Source of the DNA: Nannocystis bainbridge
Lineage (GTDB): Bacteria > Myxococcota_A > Polyangia > Nannocystales > Nannocystaceae
Direction: 5' to 3'
Assembly (NCBI RefSeq): GCF_028368995.1
Contig: NZ_JAQNDL010000003.1
Coordinates: 2,464,001 to 2,528,000, forward strand
DNA length: 64,000 nt
The notes beneath the pieces were generated by a model. It ran no database searches and had not been told where the DNA came from. It saw nothing but the letters and a program-made list of their open reading frames with translations. Shown in pieces: positions 10,374-20,639 of this stretch. Each line of letters starts with the position of its first letter. Position 1 is the first letter of the stretch. Both the position numbers and the translations under genes were made by a program.

Positions 10374-10749
10374 TCATTCACGCGAGACGAGGTCCACGCT
10401 GACCGCCGCCGTGAATGTCGCGTTCTGGGTCGTCTGGCTGGCAGAGAGGACGACCTTGATGAACGGGGAGAACCCTGGGAGCAGTCGTCGATCCCGACCT
10501 GAACCCCGCGGCGGTACCGCTCACCGTCGAGGACGTGAATTCGGTGCTGGGATCATCTGCTGTCGGCGCCGTGTTCCGCACGAAGATGTTGATAGCCTGC
10601 CCTGTACCGGTGGTGTGCCCCGTGTGGAGACGTGCGATCGGGACGCCCGACGTATAAGGCGGAACATTCAGTACGCGTGCGAGCACCGTCTCGACGGCGG
10701 TGGGTTTCAAGCGATAGCTCGCCCTATGGCTGTCCCGCGACAGGCACAT
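10374..10749 (-). pseudogene. Probable frameshifted small beta-rich protein gene
   Basis: Protein-like VETVLARVLNVPPYTSG...INIFVRNTAPTADDPSTEF continues in another frame as LPGFSPFIKVVLSASQTTQNATFTAAVSVDLVSRE* (stop at 10374). Confidence 0.4.
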
Positions 10750-10987
10750 GGACGCGCCCCGACACTTACGCAGAACGCTGGCGAGAACAGACGGCCTCGC
10801 CCCGCATATAGCCCGATGCGTACGCGCCCAGGAGCGGCACGCGTCGCTTGAAGGGCTCATCTCGTCGCACCGAACGGCATACCGCCAGATGCTCACGAAC
10901 GCCGGACGACTCGAGAGCGAGGTCCCCCCAGCGCCCGAACGGGCAGCGCGCAGGCGACGCCCGCGAGTGAAGCGGTCGGGGAGTGGA

Positions 10988-11512
10988 TCAGTGCCCCAGC
11001 CCATCGGGGATCACGATGACCTCGTAGTCGAGGTCGTTCGCCTTCTCGAAGATGGCTGACAGCTCGCGGGCCAAGTGTTCCGTGTCGAGCTCGGATGGTT
11101 CGGCCGTCACCATCAGACAAGGGTATCCCACCTGGTGCCCTGGATGACAGCACATGGCGAACCCATGACCATTGACGCCTTTCACTGTGTTCAAACGATC
11201 TCGCTGCTGGGCGTCCATGCGATCGATCAACCCTGTACCGGTCGGTCGAGACCCCGTGGCGCGATGTTCCCAGATCTCCGTACCGATCGCGCCGCCTCGA
11301 CGGCGCTGGTAGACGCCGGCGACGCCGTGAGGCTCGGTGCGTTCGGGTACGAGCGGGCAGACAGAAATTTTCGGGCTCGGCGTGTCCGCCGTGCCGCTCT
11401 CGGCTGACGGCGGTCTCGCCGCAGGACCGTCGGCCGCGGGCTCCCGGGGCGGCGGCTCACCCCGGCAGGCGAGCGTGAGGGCGAAGACGGCGGCGCAGAT
11501 TCTCCTGAGCAT
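10988..11512 (-). CDS. Hypothetical lipoprotein
   Basis: MLRRICAAVFALTLAC lipobox, Pro-rich linker, then a globular Cys-containing domain. Confidence 0.6.
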   Translation of the reverse strand: MLRRICAAVFALTLACRGEPPPREPAADGPAARPPSAESGTADTPSPKISVCPLVPERTEPHGVAGVYQRRRGGAIGTEIWEHRATGSRPTGTGLIDRMDAQQRDRLNTVKGVNGHGFAMCCHPGHQVGYPCLMVTAEPSELDTEHLARELSAIFEKANDLDYEVIVIPDGLGH

Positions 11513-11537
11513 TCGGCCTGCTTTCGGGGAACAAGGT

Positions 11538-11868
11538 TCAGGCGACAAAGGCCTCGATGCTCAATCTTCCATCACGTTCTCGATCGTGCAAGCCCAGGTC
11601 AGGTTGTTCGTGCCGATGATGAGTCCCACGGGACGTTTGCTCAGCGACACCAGCAGCGAGCCAGAGTCGCCGGGTAAGGCGAAGGGCCCCAGATTGCCCG
11701 TGGGACTTATCACATAGCACGGCTTGAACCGGTAACCGCTGCCGTTCAAGGAGAAGTCCTTGCTCTCATTCACCCCGACGATGACACCCTGACGCACGCC
11801 CGAAGTGCCGCCGCTGATCTTCAAGCCCGCGTTGAGGGCCAGCGTCGCCAGAGTTGGATTCAGCGCGC
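11538..11868 (-). pseudogene. 5'-truncated, frameshifted trypsin-like serine protease fragment
   Basis: KISGGTSGVRQG...FALPGDSGSLLV...PVGL (catalytic Ser motif only); restoring one T would give the C-terminus VMEDLSIEAFVA*. Confidence 0.6.
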
Positions 11869-11869
11869 C

Positions 11870-12023
11870 ACGACGGCGACCAGGGCGCCGATTACCTCAT
11901 GCCGCAATTCGAGCCGATGTGGGTCGGCTGGTGGCTCTACCAGGGCAACCCGACCCCGCGCAATACGACGTGTGGATCGACGAGGTCGCCATCGACGGCA
12001 CCCGCATCGGCCGCATCCTCTGA
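11870..12023 (+). pseudogene. C-terminal fragment of a secreted beta-sandwich (Cip1/lyase-like) protein, frameshifted
   Basis: YLMPQFEPMWVGWWLYQGNPTP in one frame continues as AQYDVWIDEVAIDGTRIG in another. Confidence 0.5.
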
Positions 12024-12482
12024 GTCGATGATTCACTGTGTCAGACATCACCACAGCTCCCATGTCTCTCCTTTCATGGCACCGCGCGCTCGTGAAGCAC
12101 CAATCACCATACTCGGCTCCAGTCGCTGTTCGCGGCCGCGACGTCTCGTTCCTCGCGGTCGCCCCGACCATCCGGCCCCGTGCAGGCGTCTGCGCGACAG
12201 AACATGCCTTGCGATCCGCCTTGCGCGCCGGACGCGAGCGGGTCGGAGCCGGACGGCAGTCAGCAGCTTGCGCGGGGCGTATCGCACCGTCGCCGTACAT
12301 CCCCCCGCGAATCTGCCGACGCGTGCGCGCGCGTCTGCGCGCATCGTCGATTAATCCGGCGCATGTCTCCATCGTCATTGTGAGGTGGCAATCGTTCGAC
12401 TCGGCGCTCGCATCGCACCTGCCCGTTCATGGCGCGCGAAAGCGGCGCTTGCAGCCTTGCGCCGATCCGGTACCCTCGCTCG

Positions 12483-13610
12483 ATGTCTAGCATGCAATCT
12501 CGCGGGGGCGTCTCGACGCTCCTGGTGGCGATGACCTTGACCGTCGCGTGTGGCGACCCGGAGGTCCAGGGGACCGGCACCGACACCGGCACGGGTACCC
12601 TGGGCACGGTCGGCACCGACGGCACCGACGGCACCGTCGGCCCGACCGACGGCACCGCCTCCGGCACGGTCACCGACGGCACCGACGGCGGCACGGACAG
12701 CGGCTCCGACTCGACCCCGACGACCACCCAGCCCGTCACCTCCACCACCGACTCGACGGCCAGCGAGACCTCGGACACCGTCACGACGACCCCGGTGACC
12801 TCGACCACCGAGGACACCATCGGCGAGACCACGGTCGACGAGACGACCACGACGACCGACGGCGAGACCACCGACACCACGACCGACGGCACCACGACGA
12901 CCGACGGCGAGACCACCGACACCACGACCACCGGCGAGCCGCCGCTCGAATGTGGCAACCTCCAGGTCAAGTACCGCGACTTCAAGCCGCTGCACACCGA
13001 CTTCGGCTGTCACATGAGCGGCAACATGGCCCGCCCGGGCCTCGTGCAGCAGATGCTGGGCGGCGACCAGACCCCCGTCTACAACCCCAACCCGCCGCCC
13101 CCGCCCCCGAACTACACCGGCACCAACCCGCAGATCACCTCTGCCGCCTCCTACGACGACTGGTACCACACCAAGGCCGACATCAACTTCGAGGTCGCGG
13201 GCGAGCTCGAGTTGACCGAGATCATGCCGGGCATCTGGAGCTTCCAGAGCAACTCGTTCTACCCGCTGACCGGCCAGGGCTTCGGTAACAACGTCACGCC
13301 GAACTGGGCGAACCAGACCTTCCCCGACCGCAACGGCTCGTTCACCACCGAGATCCACACCAACTTCATCTACGAGGCCGGTCAGACCTTCAGCTTCAGC
13401 GGTGACGACGACGTGTGGGTCTTCATCGACGGCAAGCTGGCGATGGACCTCGGCGGCCTCCACGGCCCCGTCAACGGCACCATCAACCTCGACACCCTCG
13501 GCCTCGTCGCCTTCCAGAGCTACACGCTCGACGTGTTCCACGCCGAGCGCTGCGACAGCGGCAGCAACTTCCGCATCGATACCTCGATCAATTGCTTCAT
13601 CCCGATGTGA
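12483..13610 (+). CDS. Fibro-slime (PA14-like) domain lipoprotein
   Basis: TVAC lipobox, Thr-rich linker, YRDF...[11 protein letters not shown]...[25 protein letters not shown]...FHAER...SNFRIDT. Confidence 0.9.
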   Translation: MSSMQSRGGVSTLLVAMTLTVACGDPEVQGTGTDTGTGTLGTVGTDGTDGTVGPTDGTASGTVTDGTDGGTDSGSDSTPTTTQPVTSTTDSTASETSDTVTTTPVTSTTEDTIGETTVDETTTTTDGETTDTTTDGTTTTDGETTDTTTTGEPPLECGNLQVKYRDFKPLHTDFGCHMSGNMARPGLVQQMLGGDQTPVYNPNPPPPPPNYTGTNPQITSAASYDDWYHTKADINFEVAGELELTEIMPGIWSFQSNSFYPLTGQGFGNNVTPNWANQTFPDRNGSFTTEIHTNFIYEAGQTFSFSGDDDVWVFIDGKLAMDLGGLHGPVNGTINLDTLGLVAFQSYTLDVFHAERCDSGSNFRIDTSINCFIPM

Positions 13611-13778
13611 CCGTTCGCCCTCCGGCGAATGGCCACACCCCGCGGCCGCTCACGCCTCGTCGTGAGCGGCCGCATGCTTTTCCTGCGAACAATCGCCGCA
13701 GCTACGGCCCCGCCCGATTCGCGCCTCCGGCCGCCGCGGCGCTTTGCAGCCGCGAGCCCGATCCGCTACCTTCACGGG

Positions 13779-14861
13779 ATGTCTAGCATTCCTTCTCGCG
13801 GCTCGCTCCTGATGGTGATGAGCTTCTCGGTCGCGTGCGGCACCCCGGTCACCCAGGGCACCGGCACCGACTCCGACTCCGACACTGGCACCGGCTCGAC
13901 CGCCTCCACCGACGGCACCGCCACCACCGTCGACCAGCCCACGGCCGGCACCGCCTCTGACGGCACCGACAGCGGCACCGCGAGCGGCACCGAGTCGACG
14001 TCGACCAGCACCACCGCGCCGACCAGCACCACCGATCCGTCCGGCACCAGCACGAGCACCACCGACTCCACGACGATGCCGGTGACCTCGACGACCGAGG
14101 GCGAGACCACCACCCAGGGCGAGACCACCACCACCGACACGACCGCCGGCGAGACCACCGATACGACGACCACCAGCACCACCGGCGAGCCGCCGCTCGA
14201 GTGCGGCAACCTGCAGGTCGTCTACCGCGACCTGAAGCCGATGCACGTCGATTTCGGCTGTCACATGTGGGGCAACGGCGCCCGGCCGAACCTCGTCATG
14301 CCGACGCTCGGCGGCGACAACAAGCCGACCTACAACCCGCAGTCGGGCCCGAACCCGCCGGGGTACGGCGGCTCGAGCCCGCAGATCACCTCGGGCTCCT
14401 CCTTCAGCGACTGGTACAACACCAAGGACGGCACCAACGTGGAGATCGCCGGTGAGCTGGAGCTGACGGAGATCCAGCCCGGCATCTGGAGCTTCGAGAG
14501 CGACTCGTTCTTCCCGCTCACGGATCAGGGCTTCGGCAACAACATCACGCCGAACTGGGCGGGCGAGCTCTACCCCGACCGCAACGGCTCGTTCACCACC
14601 GAGATCCACACCAACTTCGTCTACGAGGCCGGTCAGACCTTCAGCTTCAGCGGCGACGACGACGTGTGGGTCTTCATCGACGGCAAGCTGGCGATGGACC
14701 TCGGCGGCCTCCACCCGCCCGTCAACGGCACCATCAACCTCGACACCCTCGGCCTCACCGTCAACGAGACCTACTCGCTCGACGCGTTCCACGCCGAGCG
14801 CTGCGAGGCCGGCAGCAACTTCCGCATCGACACCTCGATCAATTGCTTCATCCCGATGTGA
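13779..14861 (+). CDS. Fibro-slime domain lipoprotein (tandem paralog)
   Basis: Near-identical C-terminal domain to the 12483 gene, with the same GDDDVWVF signature. Confidence 0.9.
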   Translation: MSSIPSRGSLLMVMSFSVACGTPVTQGTGTDSDSDTGTGSTASTDGTATTVDQPTAGTASDGTDSGTASGTESTSTSTTAPTSTTDPSGTSTSTTDSTTMPVTSTTEGETTTQGETTTTDTTAGETTDTTTTSTTGEPPLECGNLQVVYRDLKPMHVDFGCHMWGNGARPNLVMPTLGGDNKPTYNPQSGPNPPGYGGSSPQITSGSSFSDWYNTKDGTNVEIAGELELTEIQPGIWSFESDSFFPLTDQGFGNNITPNWAGELYPDRNGSFTTEIHTNFVYEAGQTFSFSGDDDVWVFIDGKLAMDLGGLHPPVNGTINLDTLGLTVNETYSLDAFHAERCEAGSNFRIDTSINCFIPM

Positions 14862-14891
14862 TGCGCCCGCGAATCACCGCACCGCGGCCGC

Positions 14892-16334
14892 TCATGCCTT
14901 GAAGGTCATGAGCGGCCGCATGCGGGCGACGACGTCGCACAGCCCGGCCTCGACCTGGCACGCGACCACCGGGCCGATCGGCTTGTAGGCGGCAGGCGCC
15001 TCCTCGATCCGCCGCTCCTCACGGAGGGTGATGCAGTCGACCCCGGCGAGCCCGAGGTCCCCGGTCTCGCGCCCGCGCCGACCCATCTCGAAGCGAGAGG
15101 TCGCGCGCCCGGCCCCGTGCGACGCCGAGCCGAGCAATTGCGGCGACCCGCGCCCGACCAGCAGATACGAGGCCGCGCCCATCGACCCGGGGATGATCAC
15201 CGGCTGCTCGACCCCGGCCGGGCACGCGCCCTTGCGGGTGATCCATCGCTTCGCCGCGCCTTCCACGGGCAGCGTGATGTTGTGCGGCAGGTCGTACACG
15301 AGCGGCGCGGCGACCTCGCCGAACAGCTCGCGCAGGCGCTGCCGCAGCAGCTCGGCCAGCAGCAGACGGTTGAGGAACCCGTAGTTCGCTGCCGTCGCCT
15401 CCGCCTGCATGTAGCCGGCGACGGCCTCGGGCTGATCCGCCAGCGACAGCGAGAACAGCCCCTCCGGCGGGAACTTCTGGCCCTTCGGCCACAGGCCGCG
15501 CGCCCGGTCGCGCCACAGCGCGCCGACGTGCTTGCCGACCCCGCGCGAACCCGAGTGGATCATGATCGCCACCTGCCCTGCGCGCACGTTCCACTGCCAC
15601 GCGCGGGCCCGGTCGACCACCTCCTCGACCACCTGGATCTCGACGAAGTGATTGCCGCCGCCGATCGTCGCCAGCCCGCCGTCGCGCACCACCCCCTCCT
15701 CCGGCACGATGTCCTCGGGCGCCCAGCGCGGATCGCCGTCCAGCCCGCCGCCCAGGTGCACGCGATCGATCTCCCGCTCGAGCTGATCCAGGTCGCACCG
15801 CGCCAGCTGCCCCAGCGGCCGCCGGCGCACCGCCGACAGCCACCCGGCCAGCCCCTCGCGGAACAGCCCCTGCATCGCCTCGGCCGTCATCGGCAGGTCG
15901 CGCGACGAGAAGAAGTAGTCGCCCTTGAGCCGCTCGACCAGCACATCGCGCTTGGCCAGCAGCTGCTCGGCGGTCAGATCGACCACGTGCAGCCGCATCC
16001 CGCAATTGATGTCGGTGCCGACCGCCGCGGGCACGACGATCCCCTCGGTCTCGACGATCGAACCGATCGCCACGCCGGCGTCGCCCGGATGAAAGTCGGG
16101 CGACGCGCGTACCGTCGTCACGCCGCCGCCCGCCGGGTGGCGCAGCGCGGCCAGTCCGGCCAGCTGGCGCAGCGCCTTGGCTTCGATCGGGAAATCGTCG
16201 GGGAGCAGCACCTCCCCCGCCGGCGCATCGGCGACGTCCTTGAGCCGCACCCGGTACACTCGACCGTCGCGCTCGACATGGAGGCCCTCGCGCGCGAGCG
16301 CGGCGAAGACCCGTTGCAAGTTCTTTGGCTGCAT
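14892..16334 (-). CDS. rtcB: RtcB family RNA ligase
   Basis: PDFHPG, VGTDINCGMR, TIGGGNHFVEIQ, HSGSRG, HN, RKGA, PGSMG, SASHGAGR, EEAPAAYK motifs; AGGAG before ATG 16334. Confidence 0.93.
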   Translation of the reverse strand: MQPKNLQRVFAALAREGLHVERDGRVYRVRLKDVADAPAGEVLLPDDFPIEAKALRQLAGLAALRHPAGGGVTTVRASPDFHPGDAGVAIGSIVETEGIVVPAAVGTDINCGMRLHVVDLTAEQLLAKRDVLVERLKGDYFFSSRDLPMTAEAMQGLFREGLAGWLSAVRRRPLGQLARCDLDQLEREIDRVHLGGGLDGDPRWAPEDIVPEEGVVRDGGLATIGGGNHFVEIQVVEEVVDRARAWQWNVRAGQVAIMIHSGSRGVGKHVGALWRDRARGLWPKGQKFPPEGLFSLSLADQPEAVAGYMQAEATAANYGFLNRLLLAELLRQRLRELFGEVAAPLVYDLPHNITLPVEGAAKRWITRKGACPAGVEQPVIIPGSMGAASYLLVGRGSPQLLGSASHGAGRATSRFEMGRRGRETGDLGLAGVDCITLREERRIEEAPAAYKPIGPVVACQVEAGLCDVVARMRPLMTFKA

Positions 16335-16530
16335 AGACACTGGGCTCCTGCGCACGCGTCGGCCCACGCGCGAGCATTGCGTCGCGTCGCCTCTCGCGGC
16401 GCGCGACGTGCCTGTGCGACCTGACCCTCGGGGCCGTGTCGTGACGCACAGGTCCAATCCACCCCGACGCGACGGACAGCCGTGCATCAGGGCCCAGAGA
16501 ATTCCGAGCAGCAGCCGCGGAACGGCGAGG

Positions 16531-16559
16531 AAGTTACGAGCAGCCCTCCTCGAAGTCAA
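16531..16559 (-). promoter_or_regulatory. sigma70-type promoter for the rtcB leader
   Basis: Minus strand TTGACT-N17-TAACTT. Confidence 0.65.
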
Positions 16560-16841
16560 GCCCGATCGCGGCAGCGCGACCTCGAGCCCGACCACGACCT
16601 CTCGCGAATCAATCTGTCCTTCGAGACACATCAAAACCGCGACTCGCCGCTGCCCTCTCACCTTCTGCCTCCGCGTGTCTCACCACCCGACATCGAGGCA
16701 TGACTCTGCGGCTCGCGCTTCGGCACCAACGACCTCCTCTTCGCCTCAGCGCATCGCGCATGCCCGCGGAGCATCGCTTCCATCCCGCACGACGCGTCAC
16801 CGCCCCACCGCTTCGCCCCTGCACCAATCAGCCGCGAGCTC

Positions 16842-18320
16842 TCACCGCGTCGCCTGTCCCTTCGCACACGCCTTCACCAGCTCGGGCGCCGCCGGCTCGC
16901 GGCGCCACCACCCGGCCTCGCCCGGGCGCGTGAACGTGTAGCGCCAGAACTGCACCCGCACGTGCGACGGCCCTTCCAGCAGCGGCGTGGCGAAGAAACC
17001 CTGCGCTCGCTCCGGCTCCTCGCACAGCGTCGTCAGCAGCCGGCGCACGTACCCCGGCGGCGCACGTCGAGCCCGCAGCCCGTAGAACCACAGCATGAAG
17101 TCGAGCCGCGGCTGATGCGGCGCCACCCACGGCGGAGCCCGATCGAGCGGACCCGGCTTGTAGAACATGCCATACGTCCGCCACGCCCCGGCCTCGAAGC
17201 CCGCGAACTCCGGCTCGACGCGCACGCGGGTGATCTGCGCGAACAGGTGATACGCGTTGAACACGTGCCACGGGGCCGCGCACCGCTGCAGCGCCGTCGC
17301 CCACCGCCCGGCCCCGGCGCCGAGCTCGACCCGCGCCGTCGCCAGCGACAGCGTCACGTACACCAGCGCGAACGCGGCCACGAGCCCGGCGCGCAGCCGC
17401 GGCCACGCCGGCGCGCGCACCTCCTCGCGCGGCAGCAGCACCCGCCCCCACACCGAGCGCCCCGGCAGCCGCGCGTACAGCCACAGTAGGTCCGCGTCGC
17501 GCAGCATGAAGAGGTGCAGCGTCAGCGCCAGCCACACGAAGAACCCGTAGTTCGCGGTCGCCAGGTTCAGCGCCTGAAACCCCGTCAGCACCACCAGCGC
17601 GATCAGCCGCCCGCGCCGGCCGCAGAACAGCAGCACCGGCGCCACCAGCTCGGCCACCAGCGTCGCCCGGCTCTCGAGCGCGTGCCACCAGCCGGGCAGG
17701 TGATGGGCGAACCACGCCACTGGCGTCGGCAGCGGCGCCGTCTCGTAATAATAGGACATGGCGCTGCCGTCCAGCCAATCGCCGAGCGGCGAGCCCCACT
17801 TGGCCAGGCCTGACTCGAAGTACAGCTTGAACGCCGCGAACAGCAGCAGCAGGTGCGCCGTCGCCTGCGGCCGGTCGCGCGGCAGCAGCAGCGCCAGCAC
17901 CCCGCACTCGACCAGCAGGCTGTCCCACTGGAACTGCAGGAACGGCGCGCCGACGCTGACGAACGAGAGATACAGCAGCGTGGCGATCGCCAGCCCCACA
18001 CGCGGCCACACGCCGACGAGCGCCAGCGCCCCCGCGAGCATGCCGACGGTCGCGGCCCCGCGCAGCGCCGCGTCGCTCGTGCCCCACCACAAGAAGATCG
18101 TCGGCGTCGCCAACCACCCGCCCGGGCGCGCGCCCGCGACGGCCTCGGCGATCGGCGACAACCCCCCTGTGCCCAGCAGCGGCGCGATCTGTGCGCGCAG
18201 CGATCCGAACGCGATCACGAACACCAGGCCCAGCAACGTGTGAAACAGCCGCGCCACCACCGGACCCGAGTCGGGCGAGACCCAACCGATGCAGCCAGTG
18301 GGCGCGGCGCGGTCCGTCAC
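16842..18320 (-). CDS. Lipase maturation factor (LMF1-like) membrane protein
   Basis: FLQFQWDSLLVE, YFESGLAK, YYYETAPLPTP, TANYGFF, YHLFA, YKPG, APHQPRLDFMLWF. Confidence 0.9.
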   Translation of the reverse strand: MTDRAAPTGCIGWVSPDSGPVVARLFHTLLGLVFVIAFGSLRAQIAPLLGTGGLSPIAEAVAGARPGGWLATPTIFLWWGTSDAALRGAATVGMLAGALALVGVWPRVGLAIATLLYLSFVSVGAPFLQFQWDSLLVECGVLALLLPRDRPQATAHLLLLFAAFKLYFESGLAKWGSPLGDWLDGSAMSYYYETAPLPTPVAWFAHHLPGWWHALESRATLVAELVAPVLLFCGRRGRLIALVVLTGFQALNLATANYGFFVWLALTLHLFMLRDADLLWLYARLPGRSVWGRVLLPREEVRAPAWPRLRAGLVAAFALVYVTLSLATARVELGAGAGRWATALQRCAAPWHVFNAYHLFAQITRVRVEPEFAGFEAGAWRTYGMFYKPGPLDRAPPWVAPHQPRLDFMLWFYGLRARRAPPGYVRRLLTTLCEEPERAQGFFATPLLEGPSHVRVQFWRYTFTRPGEAGWWRREPAAPELVKACAKGQATR

Positions 18321-18400
18321 CCTTCGACACTACGAGCCAGGGCCGAGCATGACAACCGCGCGGCTTGACCTGCGCCGCGCTTTCGCGTCACCTTTCGACC

Positions 18401-19969
18401 ATGACGCTTATCCGCACTTCCTTAGACCCCGTCCGCACCTCCCTCTTCGTCGCCCTCGGCCTGCTCGCCGCCTGCGCCCCCGGCAAGAACGAGACCGAGA
18501 CCGACGCCACCTCGCTGTCCGAGACCGGCGCCACCACCGACACCGGCAACACCAGCTCGGTCACCGAGGCCACCACCGATCCCGGCACCGGCAGCGAGAG
18601 CGGCGGCCAGACGACCTCGACCCCGACCACCGAGTCGCCGACCTCGACCACCGGCGTGATGCCGTCGCCGGTCTGCGAGGGCACCGTCACCGAGATCGCG
18701 CAAGCCTTCGTCGATCCGCCGACGCCCTCGGGCTTCGTGAAGTGCGACGACGGCGTCATCCACCGCCCCGAGCCGCGCGAGTGCCTGTCGCCGAGCACGC
18801 CGAGCACCTGCCCGGCCGACGCGTCGCCCGACGGCGAGTGCCTCACCGACGCCGACTGCACCGGCAAGCCGTTCGGCTCGTGCCAGCTCAACCAGGTGTT
18901 CGGCGGCATCCTCGCGCCCGGCGATAGCTGCAGCTGCGTGTTCGGCTGCCAGACCGACAGCGACTGCGACACCGGTGAAGTCTGCCGCTGCGCCGGCGAC
19001 GGCCTCGGCCTCCACACCGAATGCATCCCCGCGACGTGCATCACCGACGCCGACTGCGACGGCGAGCTGTGCGGCTTCTCGCCCGACATCTGCGAGCCCG
19101 GCGTGTTCTCCTCGCACTGCACCACCCCCGCCGACAGCTGCGCCGGCGACGGCGACTGCGACAGCCCGCCGTGCAGCTTCGACGGCAGCGCGTGGGCCTG
19201 CGCCAACGCGGCCTGCGGCCGGCCCTTCCTGGTCGACGACGAAGCCGTCACCGCGCCCGCGTGCGCGCGCGACGACTGGCGCGGCCTCGTGCTCGCCCCC
19301 GTCGCGCTGCCGCCGACGCGCGCGCGCCTGGCCGCGTACTGGCAGCAGATCGGCCTGTGCGAGCACGCCTCGGTGGCCTCGTTCGCGCGCTTCATCCTGC
19401 AGCTGCTGGCCGTCGGCGCGCCGGCCGATCTGGTGGAGGGGGCGCAGCGGGCCCTGGCCGACGAGATCGAGCACGCGCGCCTGTGCTTCGCGCTGGCGAG
19501 CCTGTACCAAGGGGCAGGTGTCGGACCGGGCCCGCTGATGGCCGCCGACGCGCTCGGCGAGCTCGACCTCGACGCGGTGGTCGCCGCGGTCATCCGTGAA
19601 GCCTGCGTCGGCGAGACGCTGTCGGCGCTCGAGGCCCGCGAGGCGGCCCTGCGCGCCGAGGACCCGGCCCTGCGCCGTCCGCTCGAGCGCATCGCCGCGG
19701 ACGAGCAGCGCCACGCCGAGCTCGGCTGGAGGTTCGTCCAGTGGGCCCTCGCGCGAGCGAGCGCGGATCAGCGCGCGCGCGCCGAGGCGGTGTTCGCCGC
19801 CGCGATCGCCGACGCCGAGGCGACGATCGCCACGCTCGCGGCCCAGCCCGGCGAGCCCGAGCTGCACGCCCACGGGGTCATCGACGCCCCGCTGCGCGCC
19901 GCGCTGTGGCGCGAGGGCCTGCGCGAGCTCGTCCGCCCGACGCTCGCCGCCCTCCACCACGCCGCCTGA
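18401..19969 (+). CDS. Lipoprotein with a Cys-rich region and C-terminal ferritin-like diiron domain
   Basis: LLAAC lipobox; more than 25 Cys; EHASVASF...DEIEHA...EACVGET...DEQRHAELGW. Confidence 0.85.
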   Translation: MTLIRTSLDPVRTSLFVALGLLAACAPGKNETETDATSLSETGATTDTGNTSSVTEATTDPGTGSESGGQTTSTPTTESPTSTTGVMPSPVCEGTVTEIAQAFVDPPTPSGFVKCDDGVIHRPEPRECLSPSTPSTCPADASPDGECLTDADCTGKPFGSCQLNQVFGGILAPGDSCSCVFGCQTDSDCDTGEVCRCAGDGLGLHTECIPATCITDADCDGELCGFSPDICEPGVFSSHCTTPADSCAGDGDCDSPPCSFDGSAWACANAACGRPFLVDDEAVTAPACARDDWRGLVLAPVALPPTRARLAAYWQQIGLCEHASVASFARFILQLLAVGAPADLVEGAQRALADEIEHARLCFALASLYQGAGVGPGPLMAADALGELDLDAVVAAVIREACVGETLSALEAREAALRAEDPALRRPLERIAADEQRHAELGWRFVQWALARASADQRARAEAVFAAAIADAEATIATLAAQPGEPELHAHGVIDAPLRAALWREGLRELVRPTLAALHHAA

Positions 19970-19993
19970 GTTCTCTCTCGACTTAAAGGGAGA

Positions 19994-20095
19994 GCAGCGG
20001 CGCGCCTCGACGCGCCACTGCGGACTCGCTTACGCGCGCTCTTCCACGCGAGCGAGACCGCAGCGGTGCGCCTCGACGCGCCGCTGCGGACTCGC
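19994..20095. repeat. Two copies (66-bp period) of a GC-rich hairpin, REP-like
   Basis: GCAGCGG(C/T)GCG-CCTCGA-CGCGCC(A/G)CTGCGGACTCGC at 19994 and 20060. Confidence 0.7.
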
Positions 20096-20639
20096 GCGCT
20101 CGTCCGCACGAGCGAGTTCGTCGCGCCGAGCTCGCCCGCACGAGCGCCTTCGCCGCCAGGAACTCGCGCTGAGCGGCTCTGCCTCGCGGCGAAAGTGACA
20201 GTGCCCGCCGCCCTCATGCGCACCCGCGCCCGATCCGCTCCTGCTGTCCCACACGCGGCCGGCGACAGCGCCTCCGTGACCGGGTTCCCGGCCGACGCGA
20301 TCGCTGTCACTTTCTCCCCCGCCGACATCGCCCCGGCGTCCGGGTTCCCGCCGCGGCGCACCTGCTTCGCCCGCGACAACGGCCCCTGACGCAGGTTCCC
20401 GGGCGAGTTCGTCGCGTGCTGCCCACACATTTTTTCGCGACCCGAGGAACCGCGACCCCGGGCCTCTGTCTGTAGCCGCGTCGACGGTGCTGCGACGGCG
20501 AGGCGGGAGGCGGCTGCGAACCAGCCCATCCGCCGCCGCGACGGACCCCCGCGCGGCGAGACGAGCCTGCTCGTCGAGACAGTACCCAAAGAACATGTCC
20601 CTTCGGTCATTTCATTTTGCCGAGAAAGTCAGTGACGCC

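Noticed and set aside
16480-16500. CTGATG in the rtcB leader as a hammerhead ribozyme core
   Set aside because: It reads CTGATGC rather than CTGATGA, and I found no matching GAAA element.
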